From IMG/VR virus record IMGVR_UViG_2687453563_000006, positions 1-42,570 of that record: a DNA stretch of 42,570 nucleotides, one strand, 5' to 3'. A model generated the notes under the pieces. That model searched no databases, had not been told where the DNA came from, and saw only the letters and a program-made list of their open reading frames with translations. The stretch is from a virus (taxonomy: Duplodnaviria > Heunggongvirae > Uroviricota > Caudoviricetes). Positions 9,446 to 19,019 of this stretch are shown here, piece by piece. The position numbers were made by a program, and so were the translations under genes. Every line of letters begins with the position of its first letter. Position 1 is the first letter of the stretch.

Positions 9446-10812
9446 TGCACTGGCACCTTCAGAGGGATCACCGGCACAAAGCCGGGATGCGTAATGGCAT
9501 TACGCCGGATAATGTCCGCGTCACGCGCCGCGTTATCAAACCAGGTCGCCGCCAGCACCAGCGCGGGTAAAACCTCATCCGGTGTGCGCTGAATGATCCG
9601 TGCAGACTGTTCAAGGCGCGTGTTGATATCCGCATTCAGATCTGCTTTCACCCGGCGCAGCGCCAGAAACAGCGCATCACTGGTTGTACGGGACAACTCC
9701 TTATCAATTGCCGTATTCAGTGTGTCGCGAATGTCAGTCAGTTCTTCCCACGTCGGCAGTTCAACCGTGTTTTTCACCGCCGGTGCATTGTTCAGTGCCG
9801 GATGCGTGACGGAAGGCCAGCCAGTGCTCTGCGCAGGTGTTGTTGCCTGCCCCACTGCGGAATTCTGCATCACCGCGGAAGTTGTTGGCGCAGGCAATCG
9901 GGTGACGGCATACGCCGCTTCGCTGATTGCGGTCGTACGAAGGGTGCTGGCAACCACGTTACGCTGCTGCGTCGCCGTGGCGGTGGTTTTACTGTCCGTT
10001 TTCCAGACGCCGCGCGGTTGCAGATCGCTGCCGAGGCTGACACCGGAAAGCGTTTTGATCATGGTGACCAGGTCACTGGCGTTACCATAAAGGCGTTTCC
10101 CGGTACGCCACATTTTCTGCACCTGCTCAACGAAATTTTTGCCTGACGATGGCGGCGGCAGAAGTACCGAGATATCCCCCTGCAACAGCCTGGCGGCATC
10201 CGATACGGCAGAATCCACCACTTTCATCGCATCAGAAACATACCCCAGCATTATGCTGGCATTACCGATAACGTCGTTCTGCACGAAATCCGCCACACCA
10301 TCGATACTGAAACCGCTGAAGCTGTCACTGATGCAGTCATCCAGTGCAGAACAGGATGACATCAGCGTCTGCGCCGTCGCCGCACCTGATGTGGGGTAAG
10401 AGAGTTCTCCTGCTTCGACAAACTTCAGGTCAAAGCGGACAATACGCCCTTCACTTTTCGATGTGCTGACCCGAACTTCCCCGTCAACACAGACTTTCAG
10501 CTCACCATATGTCGGGTGGACAAGCGTGCCGGGACCGGGTTTATTCAGCGCGTCAATCAGGCGATCGCGCTGGTCAAAGCAGTCATCTCCCACCACATAA
10601 GCCGTGATGGACGGGCGGAAAGTGATTTTCCCCAGGTCTTCGGTATAGGGTTTGTCGCGGTTCGGGTATTCATGTGTTTCCACACGACGACCGGTTCCCG
10701 CACTTTCTTCTTCAACCTTAAACGGCACACCGCGAAATGACGCGTCCTGAAGTCTGTCTTTCCACGTCATATAAACTCCGTACATAAAAAATCCCACCGG
10801 AGTGGGACTCAT
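9442..10812 (-). CDS. Mu gpN-like tail protein (DNA circulation family)
   Basis: 456 aa immediately downstream of tape measure gene. Confidence 0.6.
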   Translation of the reverse strand: MSPTPVGFFMYGVYMTWKDRLQDASFRGVPFKVEEESAGTGRRVETHEYPNRDKPYTEDLGKITFRPSITAYVVGDDCFDQRDRLIDALNKPGPGTLVHPTYGELKVCVDGEVRVSTSKSEGRIVRFDLKFVEAGELSYPTSGAATAQTLMSSCSALDDCISDSFSGFSIDGVADFVQNDVIGNASIMLGYVSDAMKVVDSAVSDAARLLQGDISVLLPPPSSGKNFVEQVQKMWRTGKRLYGNASDLVTMIKTLSGVSLGSDLQPRGVWKTDSKTTATATQQRNVVASTLRTTAISEAAYAVTRLPAPTTSAVMQNSAVGQATTPAQSTGWPSVTHPALNNAPAVKNTVELPTWEELTDIRDTLNTAIDKELSRTTSDALFLALRRVKADLNADINTRLEQSARIIQRTPDEVLPALVLAATWFDNAARDADIIRRNAITHPGFVPVIPLKVPVQ

Positions 10813-10830
10813 TAACAGATTAATTTTTCA

Positions 10831-12666
10831 TTACCTGCCAAAGCGCGTATAGCCAACATCATGGCTGACATCAAAACCGCTGGATCGCGTTTCCATAACC
10901 CGCATACCCGGAGGCGAATTCACAAAAGAGACCTTGATCTCACCATCAACTTTTGGCGCAGAAGCTTTGTTAATCATGAAGGGATTCGGGCCTGTGGCAC
11001 CGGAGGCGTTGTTTGACTGAGCCGGATCTACCGCCTGATAAGGTGTGTATCCCCGTGCCGGTATTCCCGTCCCATAAGCATCATAAGCACCCGCGCCCCA
11101 CTGCGCAGAGTTAATGGCATCGACCGTGTCACCGGAACTGTCGGTAAACCACTCAATAATTGGCTTCAGTTTGTCCCACATATCCTGAAACCACTTAACA
11201 ACCGGTCCCCAGTTATTGATTACCATCCCCAGCGGCGACCAGGCAAAAACCTTCTTCAGAAGTTCCCAGCCAGCCTCAAAATAAGGACCAATGGTTTCCC
11301 AGAGCTTCTTGAAATAAGGTCCGACAACATCCCAGTTAGTGATAATTAATCCCGCAGCCAGGGCTATCGCCGTCGCAATCATTCCAATCGGCGTCATCGA
11401 CATGATCCTGCTGACAATACTGATGGCACCGCCAACGCCCATCAATCCCAGTTTCAGAATCGCAAGACCGGCAGCAAGCCCGACGACGCCGCGAATAACC
11501 CGGGGATTTTCATCCGCAAACTTCGTGAATTTTTCCCCTAACTCCCCCAGCCATTGCGTGATATTTTTGGCGTCACCAGAAAATGCTCCGCCAATAGCCG
11601 CAAGGCCGTTAGTTGCGGTCCCCGTCATTGCCTCCCACAGGTTGGACAGCGTACCAAGCTGGGCCTGAACACGTTTATTCAGGCTGGCCTGTTTATTCAT
11701 CTTCTGCTGGATCTGATCGTAGCCATCCTTTCCTTTATCGATTAGTGCATTGACCACCTGAAGGGTTTCGGCATCATCACCAAATATTGCCTTAAGTACA
11801 CCTGTTCGCTTAACGTCGGTCAGTTTTCGCAGCTTTGCCAGTTGCCTGAACATGTTATCAAGACCGCCAAAACTTCCTTTGCCGTCAGTAAAATCGAGCT
11901 GTACCCCGAGTTTCTGGCGGGCCATGATTTTATTGACGTCCCTGATTTTCTTAACGCTTAATCCGGACTGAATAACTTTTCGCAGGGCGTTACCTGCCGA
12001 CTCCCCGTTCATCCCCATCTGATCCATCATGACGCTGATGGGGGCAAGGCTCTGTGCAGCCTGAAGACCGTCCTTGTTCACCATCTTCAGAACAGAGCTG
12101 GTTTTAGTGAAGAAGGACAACATGTTGGTATCATCAACACCCAGATAAAACGCCTTCTGGATAGTGTCGAACAGCCCCATCATGTCTTCTGACGCCGTTC
12201 CGGTAGCATCCTGCATCTTTGCAGCAAACTCAGCAGCCGCTTCCGGTGTTTTTTTCAGTTGTACCGCAAGATAAGCTGTCGCTTTACCCACACCGCCAAG
12301 AATGTTTTCTGCCGGGATCCCCTGACGCACCAGCATCTGCATCATGTTCTGGAAATCAGCCGTTGTACCGGGTAGCTGGTTACCCAGGCCAATAGCCAGT
12401 TTATTGATGTCCTGAAAGCTCTTTCCAACCTCGCCGTTCGCATCCATCATGGCGACTTTCAGCCCGGTGGCGGCGTTTTCCTGATCGGCATAAGATTTCA
12501 GGGAAAGCGTCAGACCCGCTGCCAGTCCGCCACCAAGCGCCAGCCCACCCTGTGACGCTTCTTCCGCCTGGCGTTTAAATCCCCGGATTTTCTTTTGCAT
12601 TTTCGACAGCGCGGGAGAAAGCCTGTCGACACCGGTGATCAACGCCTTAAGCTCAAATTCCGCCAT
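10831..12666 (-). CDS. Tail tape measure protein
   Basis: 611 aa with Ala/Gly-rich and hydrophobic segments; follows frameshifted chaperone pair. Confidence 0.8.
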   Translation of the reverse strand: MAEFELKALITGVDRLSPALSKMQKKIRGFKRQAEEASQGGLALGGGLAAGLTLSLKSYADQENAATGLKVAMMDANGEVGKSFQDINKLAIGLGNQLPGTTADFQNMMQMLVRQGIPAENILGGVGKATAYLAVQLKKTPEAAAEFAAKMQDATGTASEDMMGLFDTIQKAFYLGVDDTNMLSFFTKTSSVLKMVNKDGLQAAQSLAPISVMMDQMGMNGESAGNALRKVIQSGLSVKKIRDVNKIMARQKLGVQLDFTDGKGSFGGLDNMFRQLAKLRKLTDVKRTGVLKAIFGDDAETLQVVNALIDKGKDGYDQIQQKMNKQASLNKRVQAQLGTLSNLWEAMTGTATNGLAAIGGAFSGDAKNITQWLGELGEKFTKFADENPRVIRGVVGLAAGLAILKLGLMGVGGAISIVSRIMSMTPIGMIATAIALAAGLIITNWDVVGPYFKKLWETIGPYFEAGWELLKKVFAWSPLGMVINNWGPVVKWFQDMWDKLKPIIEWFTDSSGDTVDAINSAQWGAGAYDAYGTGIPARGYTPYQAVDPAQSNNASGATGPNPFMINKASAPKVDGEIKVSFVNSPPGMRVMETRSSGFDVSHDVGYTRFGR

Positions 12667-12841
12667 GTGTGCGTTTCTCCTGCTCTATCCTGTTTGCCTG
12701 ACTGACCAGCAAGGGAATTTCACTGATCGGCATATTCAGCAATTCGAAAGGATTAATGCGCCAGTAGCTGGCGCAGTCAAAGAAGCGATCAGTGAGGTAT
12801 TCAGCCGTCAGGCCTGGAGGAAAAAACCGGCCACAAGCCAC
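12653..12841 (-). CDS. Tail assembly chaperone -1 frameshift extension (GT-like)
   Basis: Overlapping -1 frame ORF continuing ...GRFFPPGLTAEY...; heptamer U UUU UUC (plus 12820-12826). Confidence 0.65.
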   Translation of the reverse strand: MACGRFFPPGLTAEYLTDRFFDCASYWRINPFELLNMPISEIPLLVSQANRIEQEKRTHGGI

Positions 12842-13077
12842 GCCGCTGCATTCAGGTCTGCCGGAGACATCTGGTCGACAGAGCTTTGCGGCACTTTCGC
12901 CAGCCGCACAATGTATTTCGACACCACATGCGCCAGAAGTCTGACTGACTCATCCTGATTCATCTGGTAGGGATACCCCAGCTCGCGGACATCCTTCCCG
13001 GTGGGTTCATCAAACTCCAGTACGGAGAGTGTCTCGCCATGAGCAGTAATCGGTTTCTTTAACTCAAGCTCTTTCAT
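12808..13077 (-). CDS. Tail assembly chaperone (G-like, frame 0)
   Basis: 89 aa ORF between tube and tape measure; ends ...AGFFLQA just after slippery heptamer. Confidence 0.7.
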   Translation of the reverse strand: MKELELKKPITAHGETLSVLEFDEPTGKDVRELGYPYQMNQDESVRLLAHVVSKYIVRLAKVPQSSVDQMSPADLNAAAWLVAGFFLQA

Positions 13078-13433
13078 TACTGGTAATCCCCTTCTTCACC
13101 GTGGAACTCAAGATCAACCGTGCCTTCTTCGGCATTATGGTTCGCTTCGCCGTGCAGCCAGGCAGACGACAATACATAGACCTGACCGTTCGCCAGCTCG
13201 GCAGTGATGGTCATCTCATCAGACGAGGTGATTTTGCTCACCGGAAAATTCTTCGGTACCTTGAAGGTCCCTTTGACATAAGGCGCACGGTGAGTTTCCT
13301 TGCGGTCCACTGAACCGTCCAGGCCGATGATGTCATCATTGACCGTCCTGTTCATGGGCACCTCAATGCCGCCGGTCAGCGATAGCTGTTGACCGTCAAT
13401 TTTGAAATAACAGGTTCCCCCGATACGGGCCAT
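13077..13433 (-). CDS. Tail tube protein
   Basis: 118 aa directly after sheath gene. Confidence 0.75.
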   Translation of the reverse strand: MARIGGTCYFKIDGQQLSLTGGIEVPMNRTVNDDIIGLDGSVDRKETHRAPYVKGTFKVPKNFPVSKITSSDEMTITAELANGQVYVLSSAWLHGEANHNAEEGTVDLEFHGEEGDYQ

Positions 13434-14929
13434 TATGCAGACTCCTCTGAATACTGAAGACGGAACTGGTTAACCACGGCAAAGACACGCAACTGGTTAA
13501 CATAGTCAGGCGGGAACAGCGTGTTCAGGCGGTTCGGATCGCTGGCATCACGCTCCACAACCAGGTACTGCTTAAACAGTTCGTAGTTTTCCACGATCCC
13601 CGCACGCTCAAGCTGACGGTAGGTTGTCAGCAGTTCCCCTTTGATCACCGCCGGTGTGACAATCGCCTGACCGGGACCAAAGCGGGTACCGTCGCTGGCA
13701 AGCTTGTGACGCCCGTACTTACTGGTAATGACGGATTTCAGTTTGCGCAGCACATACGCGCTGGTATGCAGCGTCTCGCTGTCGAGGTAGCTGTTATCCG
13801 CAACACCGTAAGCATTTTTCCTGTACGTGGTGACATCACGCTGAATGCGCAGCACCCCGCTTTCGACATACGCCGTTGCCACGCCATGCGACAGCAGGGT
13901 CTGTTGTTCGGTCATCGTGAACCGTTTCCCCTTCGGCGCAGGCAGCATACCCACCAGCTCACCGGTCTGCGTGGGACGTGCCGGATCGTTGCGAATAAAC
14001 ACTGCTGCGCGGGCGGTACGGCTTGCCGCCAGCTCGTCGGCAGGCGTCTGGGTCTCTTTTTCGTATCCCGCCAGGGTAATGTGCTGCTGGTTAAACTGGT
14101 CACCTGCGGTCACCAGTTCTGACAGCGTGCCGATCTTTGCCGTATACACATGACCATACAGCTGACGCGCATAGCTCCAGCGACCGCTGGTATCGTTCAT
14201 CTCGGTCACCAGCGTGTTAACGGAGGCCGTGTCGTTGAACGGCAGGCCGATATAATCAAACGGCTCATCCGCCATTGCAGCCACCGCGCCGGTGAGAACC
14301 GGAGCACCCGTTCCGGCGGTCCCCGTCGCCACGGCAATCTGTACGCCCGCTGGCAGCACTTCGCCCCCACCAAAGCCGTAGTAATTGAGGCTGACAGGAA
14401 TTTCATTCCCGCAAAGCCCCTTATGACGCGCGGTCAGTGTGACCACGCCTGCCGAAGATGAAGCCGTAAACGGCATGGCCGGAACGGCATTGATGGCATC
14501 CTGGATACTGCTGGCAATCGTCGTGACGTTATCGCCGTTGGTCACTGGAGCCTGCACGCGGGTACGTCCCACATAGACATTCACCGTGCCGGTTTCGGTT
14601 GCCTCCCCGGTCACCGTCAGCGTAACCGTTGCCGCCGCGCCCGTGGATTCAGGAACGGCAATTACATACAGTTCACCAAACGGGTCGGTCTGGCGATAAG
14701 CCTCGACCATACGCGCCAGCTGACTTCCCGCACCACAAATCTGGCGTGCATAGTCTGCCGACGGCATCAGTACCAGACTGTTGGCAACAATCTCTGCACC
14801 GTTATTGGCATGACCAATCAGCAGCGATGCTCCGCTGTCCTGTGCAGTATTCGCCGCCTGGTTATCCATTTCCGCATAAAACAGCGGAACCAGCGTATTC
14901 GACGGAATGGTGTTAAAGCTTATCGTCAT
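13433..14929 (-). CDS. Contractile tail sheath protein
   Basis: 498 aa; Mu L-type position. Confidence 0.85.
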   Translation of the reverse strand: MTISFNTIPSNTLVPLFYAEMDNQAANTAQDSGASLLIGHANNGAEIVANSLVLMPSADYARQICGAGSQLARMVEAYRQTDPFGELYVIAVPESTGAAATVTLTVTGEATETGTVNVYVGRTRVQAPVTNGDNVTTIASSIQDAINAVPAMPFTASSSAGVVTLTARHKGLCGNEIPVSLNYYGFGGGEVLPAGVQIAVATGTAGTGAPVLTGAVAAMADEPFDYIGLPFNDTASVNTLVTEMNDTSGRWSYARQLYGHVYTAKIGTLSELVTAGDQFNQQHITLAGYEKETQTPADELAASRTARAAVFIRNDPARPTQTGELVGMLPAPKGKRFTMTEQQTLLSHGVATAYVESGVLRIQRDVTTYRKNAYGVADNSYLDSETLHTSAYVLRKLKSVITSKYGRHKLASDGTRFGPGQAIVTPAVIKGELLTTYRQLERAGIVENYELFKQYLVVERDASDPNRLNTLFPPDYVNQLRVFAVVNQFRLQYSEESA

Positions 14930-15083
14930 CGGTGTTCACCTTTTTATTCACGCGCCGGATATCACCCGCGGCTTCACGGCGCAGCCAGTAGTTGTTCTCG
15001 TCAACATTTCGCCCTTCGGCGGGCAAAAGGTCGCCGCGGGCAGGGTCAGGCACTGACCGCCCTTTAACAGGTTTGACAAACAT
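14910..15083 (-). CDS. Small hypothetical protein (57 aa) between head-tail genes and sheath
   Basis: ATG with gagga SD; not in the ORF track (under 60 aa); overlaps sheath start. Confidence 0.35.
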
Positions 15084-15091
15084 GAGGATCC

Positions 15092-15652
15092 TCAGGAAGG
15101 AAGGGTTATTTCGGTGTGATGTTCGATATCGCCGTCAGGCCCGTTACCGGGCTCGAGATAATCAACATCAATCGCCAGCGTTTGCAGTTCATCCAGACTG
15201 TTCAGATCATCCTGCTGGCGGGTATCGTCTTCAGTCAGCTCGCTGATGACCGAAAAATCGAACTGATAAATCAGCTCATGACGATTCAGATCCAGCAGCG
15301 TGCCGCCGTCATAGGTAATCGGGTTACCGCACGCTTCCGGGTTCCAGCCCAGCAGGGCCTTAAAGAGCATCTGCCGGACATCGTCCACCACATCATACGA
15401 GGCAAACTGACCGCGCTCATCACGCCCGTTACTCAGTATGACAACCACGGAGAAGCCCTCTTTCAGCTCCTGCCAGTAGTCGGTCTGGCTTTTGTTTTCT
15501 CCCGGAGAGTCATCACCCGGTACCACATACGCCGCCGGGAGTCTCAGCTTTCCGACCTCCGGCAGATTTTTGAACTGTGCCGCGCCTGCCACCCGGTTTT
15601 CAAAATACGGGCAGCGGGCACGCAGCGCAGCAATAACAGGCGTCAGTTTCAT
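15092..15652 (-). CDS. Tail completion / virion protein (Mu gp37-like)
   Basis: 186 aa acidic protein; synteny. Confidence 0.5.
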   Translation of the reverse strand: MKLTPVIAALRARCPYFENRVAGAAQFKNLPEVGKLRLPAAYVVPGDDSPGENKSQTDYWQELKEGFSVVVILSNGRDERGQFASYDVVDDVRQMLFKALLGWNPEACGNPITYDGGTLLDLNRHELIYQFDFSVISELTEDDTRQQDDLNSLDELQTLAIDVDYLEPGNGPDGDIEHHTEITLPS

Positions 15653-16155
15653 CTGCGTCGTCGCTCCGGCTTCAGTGATTTACGTAATTCCCGCGCCAGA
15701 AAATAGCGTGTCCAGCTGCGGTTCTTTTCAAGCGTTTCCACCATGAAGTTATTACGTGGAGCCAGTCGCCAGCCGCTGCCACCGGATGCACCACGATGAT
15801 GACTACGACGACGTTTTGCTCCTCCCCGGACACCAAAAAACAGAAACGCCGGATAGAAGTCACCAGAGATCATCCGGTTCCCCTTCCCGTTGCGCTGGTT
15901 AGGGGCAATGCGTGTCATAAAACCGGCTCGTTTTTTACTGGCTCTCGGCACCATATAACCAATCGAACGAGCCAGGCGTCCGGTCTGATAACCGGGGTTT
16001 TCACCCGGTGCCGACCGCGCACGGCGCATCACCAGCCGACGGGCATCACGCATATGACGCTGCCCAATCGTGACAAACGCCCGCCGGACACGGGCGCGGT
16101 TAAAGCGCATCTCGGCGGGCTGCTGAACATCAACGTGAAAAAAGGGAGTCGCCAT
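15649..16155 (-). CDS. Head-tail joining / virion morphogenesis protein
   Basis: 168 aa basic protein; synteny. Confidence 0.5.
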   Translation of the reverse strand: MATPFFHVDVQQPAEMRFNRARVRRAFVTIGQRHMRDARRLVMRRARSAPGENPGYQTGRLARSIGYMVPRASKKRAGFMTRIAPNQRNGKGNRMISGDFYPAFLFFGVRGGAKRRRSHHRGASGGSGWRLAPRNNFMVETLEKNRSWTRYFLARELRKSLKPERRRR

Positions 16156-16540
16156 TGCTGCCTCCGTGACTCTGCCTACATTCGCCCAGCTCCGTACACT
16201 CCAGCAGCAGAAAGCGCCGCGCCCCGTTCAGATCACGCTGACGTTTCACCCGGTACACACTGTCATCACAGACCACCTCATAATCAGCAGTGATCCCCCG
16301 GCGGTAACGAATGGTGATGTAATGGGTGATGGCGTCCCCGGTCTGCGCGGTTTCCTGCCAGGTGGTGGCACTGGTCTGGATAACCTTCGCCCATGTCCGG
16401 AACGTAACCGGGTATTGAGACTCCACGCCAAAGTTATCCGCGGGCATATCCACCCGCTGGCGGATCAGGACGCGTTTATTCAGTTCGCCGGGGTCCGGCA
16501 GAATGTAGGTTGCGCTGGTCTGCGCCTGACGAATTTTCAT
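16130..16540 (-). CDS. Head completion / head-tail adaptor protein
   Basis: 136 aa; synteny. Confidence 0.5.
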   Translation of the reverse strand: MKIRQAQTSATYILPDPGELNKRVLIRQRVDMPADNFGVESQYPVTFRTWAKVIQTSATTWQETAQTGDAITHYITIRYRRGITADYEVVCDDSVYRVKRQRDLNGARRFLLLECTELGECRQSHGGSNGDSLFSR

Positions 16541-16860
16541 TGCGGAAAGTACCTGTACGGGCCAACAAGCCAGCCAAAACTCTGCGGCATGTCGAGTTTC
16601 TCCACTTCCGTAACCGACGAGCGGTTTTCGTAAAAATGGCTGATAAGCATCAGCATCCCCAGACGAATATCATCCGGCAGGTGTAGCCCGTCCGGGTCGC
16701 TGTCCGGAATGGTTTCATCCGGTGCATAGAGCTTCCGGTTCAGATACGTTTCCGTCCGCTTTTGTGCCGCACAGGCCAGCAGTTGCAGATGGCGGTCATC
16801 AGCATCGAAATCCTCATCCAGCCGGAGTTGGGCTTTAATCTCTTCCATTGTCAGAAGCAT
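16537..16860 (-). CDS. Head-tail connector protein (gp6-like)
   Basis: 107 aa; directly downstream of capsid region. Confidence 0.55.
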   Translation of the reverse strand: MLLTMEEIKAQLRLDEDFDADDRHLQLLACAAQKRTETYLNRKLYAPDETIPDSDPDGLHLPDDIRLGMLMLISHFYENRSSVTEVEKLDMPQSFGWLVGPYRYFPQ

Positions 16861-16862
16861 AC

Positions 16863-17063
16863 TCAGCCCTCTTTACTGGTCGTGGCTTTTTTCTCTTTTG
16901 CCGCTTTACTGCTTTTTGCACTGATTCCGCGCTCTGCTAACCCGGCCTGAAGTGCAATCTCCTGCACCCGGGCAGGAAGTGCCCCGTCGTCATACTCACC
17001 GGCCCGAATGACCTCAACACGCATACCGTCCGGTGACCATTTCAGATCTTGTTTCAGGATCAT
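16863..17063 (-). CDS. Small head-associated hypothetical protein
   Basis: 66 aa, Lys-rich C-terminus. Confidence 0.4.
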   Translation of the reverse strand: MILKQDLKWSPDGMRVEVIRAGEYDDGALPARVQEIALQAGLAERGISAKSSKAAKEKKATTSKEG

Positions 17064-17112
17064 GATTCTTCACCCATCAGAACAGGGGGCGCGGTTCCGC
17101 GCCCCTGAGTGA

Positions 17113-18318
17113 TTACGCCGCTGCAATCTTCAGCAGTTTGATGGCCTGCGAATCGACCAGCATCCCGCCGGTGCGCTTGGTGGTATAAAAACCGACAAAC
17201 GGTTTATTGGTGTACGGGTCACGCAGAATGCGGGTGCCGATACGGTCAACGATGGTGTAACCCCGTTTGAAGTTACCAAATGCAATGGCTTTCGCATCAG
17301 CGGCGATATCCGGCATCTGTTCGTTTTCAGCGATACCGTAACCCGCCAGAGAGGACGGCTGCCCCAGCTCCAGCCCCGGACGCCACAGATAGTTACCCTC
17401 GCTGTCTTTCAGCAGACGGATGGCAAACAGGCTGTTGTTGTTCATCATGAACTTCGCGCCAGTGCGGTGTGCCTTACGCAGCGTGTAAATCAGTTTGATA
17501 ATGGCGTCTGCGGTCACCGCCGTCGCTTCGCCGGATACAATATGCTGAAGTTTGCCGAACGCCCGGACCTTATCGGTTTCATCAGTGGATTCATACGCCA
17601 GGAACCCTTTCGGCTTCTTGGTGCCATCGCCTGAGGTAAAGGCAATTTCTTCCTGTTCGGCAAATTCGGTTGCCAGCTCGCTGTTGATCCATGCTTCCAC
17701 GTTGAAAAAGGCATCATCCAGCATTTTCTGGGTGGCCTGCGGGTTACCGTAGATTTCCCCCATGAAAGGTTCAATCAGGCCCAGTTTTGAGGTGGCAGTC
17801 TGGGAGCGCGCGTCAGTCTCGCCAACCCATCCGGAAGCCGTGCCGCCCAGATTCACCAGTTTTTTGTAGTCGGAACCACCAATGGTGATCACCGTGGCTT
17901 CCTGACGCATCACCACTTCATCTTTCAGCAAGGTCAGAATGTTGCGATCCAGCGCTTCCGGCACGGCATAGCCGCCGTCTTCATCGGTGCCCACCTGTAA
18001 TGCCTTGCGCTCCAGATCGCGCAGACCATCTTCACGGCCTTTACGCAGGAAGCCCACAAACGCTTCTTTATGCTCGGTGGTCAGTTTATTTTGCGCACCA
18101 CCTGCCGGACGTTTCAGCTCAAGCAGCTCTTTTTCAAGATCGCTTTTGAGGTTTTCCAGCTCGCTGAGTTTTCCGTTCAGGGTTTCCACCTGCCCGGCAA
18201 GCTTGCCTTTTTCCTGCTCAATCGCATCCACGCGCTTGTCGTTCTTTGCTTTGAAGTCGTCAAACTTCTGCTGCAGCTCCTGCGCGACCTGTTCGACATC
18301 TTTAATATCAACCGCCAT
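17113..18318 (-). CDS. Major capsid protein, HK97 family
   Basis: 401 aa with N-terminal coiled-coil delta-like region; follows prohead protease. Confidence 0.85.
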   Translation of the reverse strand: MAVDIKDVEQVAQELQQKFDDFKAKNDKRVDAIEQEKGKLAGQVETLNGKLSELENLKSDLEKELLELKRPAGGAQNKLTTEHKEAFVGFLRKGREDGLRDLERKALQVGTDEDGGYAVPEALDRNILTLLKDEVVMRQEATVITIGGSDYKKLVNLGGTASGWVGETDARSQTATSKLGLIEPFMGEIYGNPQATQKMLDDAFFNVEAWINSELATEFAEQEEIAFTSGDGTKKPKGFLAYESTDETDKVRAFGKLQHIVSGEATAVTADAIIKLIYTLRKAHRTGAKFMMNNNSLFAIRLLKDSEGNYLWRPGLELGQPSSLAGYGIAENEQMPDIAADAKAIAFGNFKRGYTIVDRIGTRILRDPYTNKPFVGFYTTKRTGGMLVDSQAIKLLKIAAA

Positions 18319-18332
18319 CGTATTTCTCCTGA

Positions 18333-19019
18333 TTAGAAATTCAGATTTTTCAGTGCATTCAGTGCAGAGCCCACATCCTCAGCGTCGCGCAGGGACAGTG
18401 CGCCATAGCCCCCGGCCATGAATGCTTTGGCCTGGGAACGGGAGAGTCCGACATCACGCAGGACTCTTTCGATTTTTTTCTGTTCGGGGATTTCCCCGCG
18501 GGCCAGTGCGTTCTTGACGTCGCTGATCCGCGCCTCGTCGTTAGACGGAAACGTCACCAGACTGACTTCCCAGAGGTCGATTTCTTTCAGCAGAAAGGCT
18601 TCTTTGCTCCGGTCATATTCCCAGTCTTTCAGGACGTACCCAATAGAAAGGCCGGTTAACGAACCGGCCTTCATGTGTGCATGTGCGCGTTTTGCCAGGG
18701 GATCATCATCAATGAGCAATCGCCCCCTGACGTAAAGCCCGACATCGTCTTCCTTCATTTCGGTGTAAACACCGATGGGCTCATCCATGCGGTGCTGCCA
18801 GAGCAGCGCAGGTAACGCTTTTCTGTCACTCCACGCCCGCAGGGAAGCAGCAAATGCCCCGGACATCACCACATCATCGTGGCTGTCCTTTACACCAAAG
18901 ACGGAGCCATACCCTTCAAACTCACCGGAGTCACTGACAGATTTCAGACTCAGCGGTACATCAAGACGTTGTTTCGTCTGCATTGGCGTTATCCTTCTGC
19001 TTACCGGCTTTACTGCCAT
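18333..19019 (-). CDS. Prohead protease, HK97 family
   Basis: 228 aa; between portal and capsid. Confidence 0.8.
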   Translation of the reverse strand: MAVKPVSRRITPMQTKQRLDVPLSLKSVSDSGEFEGYGSVFGVKDSHDDVVMSGAFAASLRAWSDRKALPALLWQHRMDEPIGVYTEMKEDDVGLYVRGRLLIDDDPLAKRAHAHMKAGSLTGLSIGYVLKDWEYDRSKEAFLLKEIDLWEVSLVTFPSNDEARISDVKNALARGEIPEQKKIERVLRDVGLSRSQAKAFMAGGYGALSLRDAEDVGSALNALKNLNF

